Origin: a virus
Taxonomy: Duplodnaviria > Caudoviricetes
DNA length: 64,000 bases
Virus record (IMG/VR): IMGVR_UViG_3300012983_000001
Location: 96,001-160,000 of that record
Direction: 5' to 3' (one strand)
Both the position numbers and the translations under genes were made by a program. The notes below the pieces were generated by a model, which saw only the letters and a program-made list of their open reading frames with translations, did no database searches and was not told the origin of the DNA. Numbering within the stretch: position 1 is the first letter of the stretch; each line of letters starts with the position of its first letter. Shown here in pieces: positions 56,263 to 64,000 of the stretch.

Positions 56263-57537
56263 CTACAGTTTTAATAAGAATGAAAAGTCATAATAAAGCT
56301 GCCAATATGTTGTGTTATATGCTAAATTAGACCAGTTAGCAATGGTATCTCTCATATAGCTACCCATGCACCAATATTGCTCTCCATTGATTTCATAGTT
56401 AGCGTTCCATTTTTGCAATCCAGACGGTGCGTAATATACATTATCAAAATCAATAAAACCATTGATACATATTGGTTTGGTTAACAGAGTGTTATCTGAC
56501 CTTGCAAGACTATATAAACCAAAGCAATATGGCTTTGTTGTAGCGTATAGATTAGAAAATAAACAATATGGGTTGATATTTATAGCACCTGTAATGTCTT
56601 TACCACCAGGATAAAATAAATCATATAGTGGCTCAATATGGTGACCAAAATAAGTAAATGCATTTAAGTTCGGCCACTGGCTTGCCTCGTTTGTATGGGA
56701 TTTTTCTCCTTCATTTAAGTTTCCGTTTACTACATGTGTAATAGCATCTAAAGAAATAGTATTAAAATTATACCATCTTGAATTTACTGCACCACCTAAT
56801 GTCGTAAAAACAACGTTTTTTTGATTGATATCTTGTCCTTGCATAACAAATAATAATGGTATTTCATTACCATTCCAGTTTTCATAGCTAATGTGTAAGA
56901 AATTTGTATTGTATCGTATTTTAATAGTATAAATGTATTGTAATTTATTTTGTGTTGTAATAGAAGAATATGCGCCCTTACTAAAACTACGTATGGAACT
57001 CATTTTAGAAGTAGTATTTGATTGTATATTTGTTTGATTATTGTAACCATAACTAGGACTACTCCACATCGTAATGTGCATACTAATACTACGATTACAG
57101 CTCCATCCTGGTGTAACAATTTTACCTTTACGATACACTACAGGAATCGACAGGCCACATTGAATATTAGTCGATGCTCCTGATGCTGCATTATCAAATA
57201 AGTTTAATGCTCTTATGTAAAAAGTAGTATCAAAAATTGTAAATGAAAAATTACTATCTTCAAATTGAATAGATAAAATTTTATCATCTAAGGCGCTAAG
57301 TATTTGCTTAAGGTCTTGATAAAATATACTAGTACCTTCTGTATGCAAAAAGATGTTTGTAAATGTACCCCAACCGCTAGTGTTTACATATCCTGCTACA
57401 TGCGTAATTTTAGCAATACTTTTTAATGTACCTGTATTGTCTTCTACTGCATACTCAGGATAATTCAGGACACTGGGAGTATCCAATAATGTATAACTAT
57501 CTGCTGTATGGTTATAAGTTTTTTGAATAAATGGCAT
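56263..57537 (-). CDS. Hypothetical Asn/Tyr/Ser-rich protein, possible receptor-binding protein (424 aa)
   Basis: Long ORF, visibly AT-rich, with no motif shared with neighbours. Confidence 0.45.
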   Translation of the reverse strand: MPFIQKTYNHTADSYTLLDTPSVLNYPEYAVEDNTGTLKSIAKITHVAGYVNTSGWGTFTNIFLHTEGTSIFYQDLKQILSALDDKILSIQFEDSNFSFTIFDTTFYIRALNLFDNAASGASTNIQCGLSIPVVYRKGKIVTPGWSCNRSISMHITMWSSPSYGYNNQTNIQSNTTSKMSSIRSFSKGAYSSITTQNKLQYIYTIKIRYNTNFLHISYENWNGNEIPLLFVMQGQDINQKNVVFTTLGGAVNSRWYNFNTISLDAITHVVNGNLNEGEKSHTNEASQWPNLNAFTYFGHHIEPLYDLFYPGGKDITGAININPYCLFSNLYATTKPYCFGLYSLARSDNTLLTKPICINGFIDFDNVYYAPSGLQKWNANYEINGEQYWCMGSYMRDTIANWSNLAYNTTYWQLYYDFSFLLKL

Positions 57538-57540
57538 CTC

Positions 57541-57918
57541 TTATTCCTCCTCTACTAATGTAATGGTATTACCTTTAGAGAAGACATGGTTAATATCCAC
57601 ATCAAACTCATCGCCTTTATATAATGTAATTGGTTCACGATGATACTCATCATTGATTGGTACAAATGTAAGTTTTCCCATATAGTTAAATACATGATGA
57701 GGGTCAACAGCAAATTGTTTAGTACTAATGATTTCTTCTATCGTTGTATCTGATATACTACCAGAAATTGCACCACCTTCGGTCCTGAGGCGACGAATTA
57801 ATGCACCATAATCTCTTAGAACGTATTTTGACATTACAAAACCTTTTTCGTCTAACGCATCTTCAATGTCTTGAACAGAAGTTAATGCAGCTAAGACTTT
57901 CTTTGGTAATGGCATCAT
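57541..57918 (-). CDS. Hypothetical protein (125 aa)
   Basis: Translationally coupled ORF (TAATG overlap) in the structural operon. Confidence 0.55.
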   Translation of the reverse strand: MMPLPKKVLAALTSVQDIEDALDEKGFVMSKYVLRDYGALIRRLRTEGGAISGSISDTTIEEIISTKQFAVDPHHVFNYMGKLTFVPINDEYHREPITLYKGDEFDVDINHVFSKGNTITLVEEE

Positions 57919-59801
57919 TATTCAATCACCTCACGATTCAATATATCAAATACTCTGGATAATTCAGAAATTTCTTGTCGTAACAGAGCATTTTGTGCTT
58001 TCAGTTCTTCGAAGGAACCTGTACCAGATGCATCAATATCAAAGGCACGTATAAAGAGATTTAATCCCTCAGGAACATGTTTCTGTGCATATAACGTTGC
58101 TGTATTGATAAACTGCACTACATTATCTGTTACTAATATATGTTGTGCCTTGAATTCATCTGATAAGATAGCCAGTAAGTCTTCTACAAAGGTTAATTTA
58201 TAATCTATGCCTTCTGCAATGCGGATATAACCATCAGAACGTACATTATAAGCGTTGGCTGATATCTTAAAGTCACCAAGAGCAATGCTACGATTGTATT
58301 CAACACCTCGTTCGATACTAATGATAAGACCAAGATTTTCCACAGGATACCCTACTGCCTTAGACATATCAGGTTGTATTTGTACTACTCCGCCTGGAGT
58401 TGTTTCTGCTAAATACAAAGGCATACCTTGTGTATAGCCATTGGCTTCAGTAAAAATATCAGTTGCAAAGAATCCTGTCCACCTGTATTCGAATGTATCG
58501 GTATCAAATACTCTTGATACAATACCAATAACATTAATGCTTAAGTCATCTATTGCCAACGCTTTTTGATAACCTTTATCATGATGGTAGTAAATAAACT
58601 CTCCGACGCTAAGACCGTGTTGTGCTTGTGTTACGATATGTGCATTACCACGGTCTGTAATGTAATAACCATCTGGTAGCTTTTCTAAATAATTACCAGC
58701 TTCTGCTGATATATTAAATTGCTCGCTCCAATAACCATCTGGCTTCAATACAATACCATTGTTTTCTTCTTGAGACAGTGGTACTTCTACAAATTGACCA
58801 TCGTAATATATTTGATTATCTGCAATACTTAGTTTGTCCAAGAAGTCCTTGTTAGCATGACTATGAGCACTAACAAGTTTCTGACGTAAATTCGCTTCTA
58901 AGTCACGTTCTTCAATGGTAACTTCGTGATGGTCACACACAATCGGAGTAACAGTCATTGTGGGAGCTCCATTACCTTTAATGATTGCATAGCACGGTTC
59001 GCCAAAATAAGTCTGGAAGTCTGTCATTTTTGGACAGGTAATGGCAAAATGCTCATATCTACCACCATCAGTACCGCCATACCAGGTTTGTACTTTAGCA
59101 ATTTTACCTGCAATTTTCTGACCTGTGTTAAGAAATACTGTTTCAGTATTAAACATTGATGTCCATGAACCGCCACCACTAGTTTGAGAACCAATTTTAA
59201 TATAAGCAACACGCTTACCGCTTTTTGTGTAGATATCGCATAGAACATTAGCTTCTCCAGTATAAGTACCAGCTTTTTGCCATCCAGTGCCATTACCACC
59301 AGTGGTCCATCCAGCCGTAGCACTAAAGGCATACATACCACTGATATCATACTTATAGAAATAGCTTCTAATGGTTTCTATAGCCCCTAATGTTTTATTT
59401 GCCTGTAATACAGCAGGAACGAATCTGAAATCAATGGCATCAGCTAAATGAGCAATAGCAGCGTATTTGTTATCTGCTTGTTTCCATGTAGGATAATCAA
59501 GTAATACTTCTGTCAATTCTTCTTTGGTAAAGTATGTATCTATAACCGCAACCATATCTAAGACTTCTTGTATTCTCTTATTGGTTTCGTCGACAAATGC
59601 AGTTAATAGCTTACTTAACTCATAATCTGTATCTTCCAATAAGTTTAATACTTCCTGAAGGCCAGTAATAGCGTAAATGGGATGCTGGTTCATTAGGTCT
59701 TTATTGATAAGTTCATCGTGGTCACTGGCCATGCCACCAGAGCCAGAGCCGCCAGAGCCAGGATTCATGCCATGATTATATCTGACTAATCTCACTCCCA
59801 T
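57918..59801 (-). CDS. Fibre/appendage-like virion protein (627 aa)
   Basis: DHDELINKD..NQHPIYAITGL, HSHANKDFLDKLS, SxExxNxxxxxPDGY twice, QAQHGLSVG...PLYLA..PG module. Confidence 0.55.
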   Translation of the reverse strand: MGVRLVRYNHGMNPGSGGSGSGGMASDHDELINKDLMNQHPIYAITGLQEVLNLLEDTDYELSKLLTAFVDETNKRIQEVLDMVAVIDTYFTKEELTEVLLDYPTWKQADNKYAAIAHLADAIDFRFVPAVLQANKTLGAIETIRSYFYKYDISGMYAFSATAGWTTGGNGTGWQKAGTYTGEANVLCDIYTKSGKRVAYIKIGSQTSGGGSWTSMFNTETVFLNTGQKIAGKIAKVQTWYGGTDGGRYEHFAITCPKMTDFQTYFGEPCYAIIKGNGAPTMTVTPIVCDHHEVTIEERDLEANLRQKLVSAHSHANKDFLDKLSIADNQIYYDGQFVEVPLSQEENNGIVLKPDGYWSEQFNISAEAGNYLEKLPDGYYITDRGNAHIVTQAQHGLSVGEFIYYHHDKGYQKALAIDDLSINVIGIVSRVFDTDTFEYRWTGFFATDIFTEANGYTQGMPLYLAETTPGGVVQIQPDMSKAVGYPVENLGLIISIERGVEYNRSIALGDFKISANAYNVRSDGYIRIAEGIDYKLTFVEDLLAILSDEFKAQHILVTDNVVQFINTATLYAQKHVPEGLNLFIRAFDIDASGTGSFEELKAQNALLRQEISELSRVFDILNREVIE

Positions 59802-59817
59802 AACTATTTCTCACCTT

Positions 59818-61122
59818 CTATTCTATAATAATTTTAAACCTGTAATCGTTTGCAGTCATATAAAAATCTTGTATTGGCTTATCTGTTAGCTTGATAAATA
59901 TACTACGCCCTTCTGATGGTTCAATGGCGTCTATTACCACTTCTTTATCGTAGACAAGCTCATCTTCTTTTCTCTCTTCGTTATATAAGGCAACAGAAAC
60001 TTCTTCTTCGCCTTCATAATATTCGGAATATTTAATGACCTTAATTTTAACATCATGAATAGTATATTCTTCCTTGTTGTAAACATCAAGTTGTATCTTG
60101 TAAGCACCACGATAGAATGTACCCAAATCGTACAATTCCAATGGACTTAACTCAGTATTGTCAATAAACAATCTGATGTCTCTTTCAAGAGTAAAACCAT
60201 CACCACCGTACACGGTAGTTCCAAGGTCATATACACCAATAGCATTGTCATACTGCCATCGAGGATAAATCCTCATTTTAGCATTTCTAATGGGTGCTGG
60301 TAACGTTGTTGTATTGATTAAACATCGTTTATTGGAACGGTTAATCATGTGCATATACTGAATACTATCAGTTCTCATTAACACAGCACCGTTCTCATCA
60401 AGAATTTCCATTTCATGCGTTCTGTCGATACCATCAAAAGTAATATACTTACTCTTGTATAATGCAAAAGATTTAAAATAGCAATGACTGTTCTTGAGAA
60501 CATTGGCATTTCTTGTACCATACACGAAAAAGCCAATTACTCCAGCATCATCAAATTTTACATTGCCAATATCAATCCATGTAATGCCATCCTGACTTGC
60601 GCTGAACATATACTTGTACTTAATTTTGGTAAACTTGATATATGGATATCTTACATCGACAAACTTAATATCAGGGTCCGTACTAATGTTTGTTGCATCT
60701 GGATTATCAGCAGTTATAGTGCCATCATCCATGCTCCAAAGCACATAACGCTCATCCAGAAGTTTGTCTACCATACCTTCTACATCAGCATATACATCTT
60801 CTGAATTTGTCATTGCCGAGTCTCCTGTGGCAATATATGATTGACATTCAGCGTATTCTTTAGTATTGGACATTATAAGTACTCCTGCAATGTCTTCCAT
60901 TGCCGCAGGGACATGGTCTAAATGAACAATGCAGGAATACTCATCTACACTTGGCTCAACTATGGTATATGTCGTGTATCGCCCATGATGCTTTATCTGT
61001 AGGCCATTATCTCCAAATGATAAGCAATTAGCGTCAGATGGAGATAATGTCCACAGTAACGTCTGTTCCGAGAAGTCGTCATAGAAAAACAGTCCATCAC
61101 TTGTTTTATTAAGTTTTGCCAT
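59818..61122 (-). CDS. Concanavalin-A/beta-sandwich-type virion protein (434 aa)
   Basis: GLFFYDDFS...W.LSP...AGVLI...YIKFTK....YMFSASQDGITWIDIG...IGFF resembles ConA/GH43 C-terminal sandwiches. Confidence 0.45.
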   Translation of the reverse strand: MAKLNKTSDGLFFYDDFSEQTLLWTLSPSDANCLSFGDNGLQIKHHGRYTTYTIVEPSVDEYSCIVHLDHVPAAMEDIAGVLIMSNTKEYAECQSYIATGDSAMTNSEDVYADVEGMVDKLLDERYVLWSMDDGTITADNPDATNISTDPDIKFVDVRYPYIKFTKIKYKYMFSASQDGITWIDIGNVKFDDAGVIGFFVYGTRNANVLKNSHCYFKSFALYKSKYITFDGIDRTHEMEILDENGAVLMRTDSIQYMHMINRSNKRCLINTTTLPAPIRNAKMRIYPRWQYDNAIGVYDLGTTVYGGDGFTLERDIRLFIDNTELSPLELYDLGTFYRGAYKIQLDVYNKEEYTIHDVKIKVIKYSEYYEGEEEVSVALYNEERKEDELVYDKEVVIDAIEPSEGRSIFIKLTDKPIQDFYMTANDYRFKIIIE

Positions 61123-61135
61123 AGTTAATCACCTA

Positions 61136-61822
61136 CTATACAATATCAATATACTGGTCAAGCGGAACTATCTTTCCGATTTTAACAGCATCCTTTCCAA
61201 GCAGATTTGCTAATTCCTTAGCTTTTGCCATTGCAGAATTTAACGATGCATGAGTAGAATACAAGAACCAAGGGTCCAGCTGAAGACGCTTCATTCTGTC
61301 ATAGTACAGATACGGAGTTTGTTTAGATTGATTTGCAGGGTCTCCATTACGGTCCACAATATCACTCTCGGCATAAGCCATACCGTCATAAATAAACACC
61401 ATATCATACTTAGGATTGTTTGCAGATGTTTCTTCCGTAATAATTTCATAGTTATCCAGGTCAATTTGTGCCTGTTTCTTTCGTAATATACCATTGACAT
61501 CGTTATAGAAAGAATTTTCTGGCTCAATGATACAGTTTTCAACAGACATTTTATCTTTACTAGTCTTATCTTGCATTTCTTCGTATCTTTGGCCGATATT
61601 ATAAACCTTCAGTTCTGGAACACTTAAGTTAATGACTTTGGTTTTACCGCTGACAATATCCGCTTTTAAAGCAAGATATTCAGCTTCGTTTGCAGCGTAA
61701 TCTGCCTCAAGTTTTGTTTTTTCTTCGGCACCAATCCATTCGATATTCGTATGGTTGGTCAATGCACGGTTAACGGTTTCATTAAGATATCTACAAAATA
61801 TCTGATATTGTGTAACAGCCAT
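61136..61822 (-). CDS. Hypothetical protein, paralogue of 61834-62823 (228 aa)
   Basis: Shares N-terminal TQYQIxCRYxNET, central NPKxxMxFxYDG and C-terminal PWF...SLxxAxxKAxxL...G...VK..KxVPxDQ blocks. Confidence 0.65.
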   Translation of the reverse strand: MAVTQYQIFCRYLNETVNRALTNHTNIEWIGAEEKTKLEADYAANEAEYLALKADIVSGKTKVINLSVPELKVYNIGQRYEEMQDKTSKDKMSVENCIIEPENSFYNDVNGILRKKQAQIDLDNYEIITEETSANNPKYDMVFIYDGMAYAESDIVDRNGDPANQSKQTPYLYYDRMKRLQLDPWFLYSTHASLNSAMAKAKELANLLGKDAVKIGKIVPLDQYIDIV

Positions 61823-61833
61823 GTCATTACCTC

Positions 61834-62823
61834 CTATTTAATCTTTACGAACTGGTCAAATGGAACAACCTTGATAAGCTTAACATTTTCAAGGCCAATC
61901 TTTTCAACTAAAAGTCTAGCCTTAATTAAAGCTGCTTCCAGAGAACCAACTGTAGTGTTAACAAACCATGGACTTAACTTGATACGTGTGTATGTATCTT
62001 TAATAAGATACGGGGCTTCGTTTATTTCTTCGTAATGACCAGGTACTGTTTTACGTGCAATATCTTCCTTGGTAATATTAACACTTTCGTATAAATGCGT
62101 TTGTGTACGAGACCCCCATGTTTCTCTACCATTTGGCAACATAAGCTTATCCATTGGATTGTTGCCAATTGCTACTGGACCATCATAATATGTAAACATG
62201 ATGCCACCATAACTTGAATCAATTGGCTCATCGACTACGGTATAATCTTCCCAGCTAAGTTTGCTTTCTTTTGCCTGGAATATATCTAAAGCTTCGTCAA
62301 TAAGAGCTTGGATGCGTTCTTCAGAATAATATCTATTCTTTTCTTTACCCTTATCGGCTTTACTAAGGTCTCGAATATATGTATCTTTAAAATGTTTTTG
62401 AATAGAGTGTGATTTACAAACAACAATCCCACCATCTTCTGGTGTAGTACGCTCAAGAGTAGTAAAATCTTTAGAATAATCCCCAAGGTTTCCGATTTTA
62501 CTACGGTCAAGACTCTGCCAATCTTTTACTACATAGCCTTCTGCTTCTGGATACCATTTCTTATGTCTAATTTTCTTTGTTCCATCATAAGCAAAAATCA
62601 TGTTGTTCTTAGGATTCTCACTGCTGTTACCAAAGGAAATCAGTTCTTGCTGTTCGTCAATCGCATCTGATTTCTCGATTTCATTACCAGCAAAGAGCTT
62701 ATGATATGGGTCAGTATAGAATTCACACACTGGCTCATAATCATAGTGCAAATCATTGGTAACTGGAGTATTAGTAGTTTCATTGATGTATCTGCAAAGA
62801 ATTTGATATTGTGTTGCAGCCAT
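61834..62823 (-). CDS. Hypothetical protein, paralogue of 61136-61822 (329 aa)
   Basis: Same three conserved blocks with different inserts; AAGGAAGG RBS. Confidence 0.65.
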   Translation of the reverse strand: MAATQYQILCRYINETTNTPVTNDLHYDYEPVCEFYTDPYHKLFAGNEIEKSDAIDEQQELISFGNSSENPKNNMIFAYDGTKKIRHKKWYPEAEGYVVKDWQSLDRSKIGNLGDYSKDFTTLERTTPEDGGIVVCKSHSIQKHFKDTYIRDLSKADKGKEKNRYYSEERIQALIDEALDIFQAKESKLSWEDYTVVDEPIDSSYGGIMFTYYDGPVAIGNNPMDKLMLPNGRETWGSRTQTHLYESVNITKEDIARKTVPGHYEEINEAPYLIKDTYTRIKLSPWFVNTTVGSLEAALIKARLLVEKIGLENVKLIKVVPFDQFVKIK

Positions 62824-62842
62824 TGTTACATCCTTCCTTTCT

Positions 62843-64000
62843 TTAGGTTTCTTTAATGGTTAATCGCTTACCTTTTGATTTGTCTTGGTGATGGAGGTCC
62901 CAATATTCTTGTAATCGCTTATAGATTTCTCCAATACCTAAGTTACCTTTTCTAAGCATCTCATATATAGTTGCTCGGTCTTCATACAAGTTTGCATACT
63001 CAATCATCTTTCTTGCGATGTCATTCAATGGTTTATTGCCTGCTTTCAGAACAGGGTCAAAATCAATAGAAAGATTTTTGAACGTACAGTTCGGTACTTT
63101 AATATTACCGATGTAGAAGAAAGCATTCAAGTTGTGTTCTTTTGGTTTTTCTATTCTTACTATATTGGGCTCGCCAGTATAAGGTAACTCATACATTAAG
63201 TTTAATGTTGACCGTGAAACTGTATCAACGAGTGCATCGTTTATATATATATTAACCGAACCTATCGTATTTGACAATGAAAAAGTGAATGAACTATTCT
63301 TTTTATTCTTAATTTCGAAAGTTACAGACGCTTCTCTTTGTCCAATTAACTCAGGTTTATTACGAATAACTCCAAGTTTGCCGTCAACATACATAGTTGC
63401 ATCGGGGTCGTTAAGATTATTTGGTATCAAACATTCGCCAGTTGTAAGCTTTGATTCTAGTGTATCATATTCGTAAGAAATAATATACTGTGAATTTTGA
63501 ATAATACTTGTTTCGCCATACCATCGAATCAGCTTAAACACTCTTAGTGCTTGTTCCAGCTGGTCCAATGAGAAGTATTCCATAATCCAAGCATACATAT
63601 ATTCCATCATTAACTTTACCGACTGCATCATTGTCATTGTACCAAACTCAAAGATTTTGCTTTGCCATAAACGATAGAACTTCAAAAATATCGTATGCAT
63701 AACACTAGTTTCGATACCATAGAATTGTTCTATCTTTATAGCACTGTCGTCATAGTTAACTGCAATGTCGGCATGTTTTGACGTTAAAGGGTGCCTAATT
63801 GGGAACTTTGCTATAAACGTATGGTCGTCAATAACCTTAACAGGGTTACGTGGCCTCATGGTTTGTCTATTAAAGATAATGTCTTCGAATTGTTCATAGC
63901 GAGTATCGTTTTCTGGTAATAACAATTCATCAATACCAAAGACATTACCAGGGAACGGGTCTGGTGTTTCATATACCCAAGCCCAATTGCCAAAGTCATC
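62843..64000 (-). CDS. Partial CDS (5' end outside the window), probable virion structural protein
   Basis: The frame stays open upstream of the track's TTG at 63925 to the window edge (DDFGNWAWVYETPDPFPGNVFGIDELLLPEND...). Confidence 0.7.
   Translation of the reverse strand, partial: DDFGNWAWVYETPDPFPGNVFGIDELLLPENDTRYEQFEDIIFNRQTMRPRNPVKVIDDHTFIAKFPIRHPLTSKHADIAVNYDDSAIKIEQFYGIETSVMHTIFLKFYRLWQSKIFEFGTMTMMQSVKLMMEYMYAWIMEYFSLDQLEQALRVFKLIRWYGETSIIQNSQYIISYEYDTLESKLTTGECLIPNNLNDPDATMYVDGKLGVIRNKPELIGQREASVTFEIKNKKNSSFTFSLSNTIGSVNIYINDALVDTVSRSTLNLMYELPYTGEPNIVRIEKPKEHNLNAFFYIGNIKVPNCTFKNLSIDFDPVLKAGNKPLNDIARKMIEYANLYEDRATIYEMLRKGNLGIGEIYKRLQEYWDLHHQDKSKGKRLTIKET

Noticed and set aside
103-63476. 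Numerous short plus-strand and nested minus-strand ORFs (60-160 aa) in the track
   Set aside because: They lie antisense to, or out of frame within, long minus-strand genes that have good RBSs, and they show no recognisable motifs. Treated as shadow ORFs.
1-64000. Alternative genetic code (TAG/TGA recoding seen in some gut jumbo phages)
   Set aside because: ORFs up to 3134 aa are intact in code 11, and TAG and TGA stops fall exactly at gene boundaries followed by new RBS/start sites.

Overview
The window is a continuous, gene-dense, minus-strand virion morphogenesis region of a large contractile-tailed (myovirus-type, probably jumbo) phage. Strong AGGAGG/GAGGTG Shine-Dalgarno sites and a sigmaA-type promoter point to a Firmicutes host, and genetic code 11 fits. 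In transcription order (right to left) it encodes: accessory fibre/decoration genes built from shared modules, a holin-like gene, neck/head-closure genes, two tail-sheath paralogues, a tail tube, tube-like paralogues carrying peptidoglycan-binding and SH3 domains, two paralogous tail chaperones, two giant proteins (1990 aa and 3134 aa) at the tape-measure position, a hub/lysin with three peptidoglycan hydrolase domains, and spike, gp25-like, baseplate J, fibre and large vWA/FN3/Ig baseplate genes. The main finding is the 3134-aa protein. It carries an apparently complete single-chain two-barrel RNA polymerase active-site signature (beta-like TKIMINGAEKGTV, then beta'-like TRYPTF and NVDFDGD) fused behind an intact DEDDh 3'-5' exonuclease. 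Its 1990-aa neighbour carries a PD-(D/E)XK nuclease and a degenerate staphylococcal-nuclease domain. Together they suggest a tail-packaged, injected RNA polymerase plus nuclease cassette. No capsid, terminase, tRNA, CRISPR array or mobile element was seen. All assignments come from reading motifs by eye; no database searches were run, and sub-domain coordinates are approximate.
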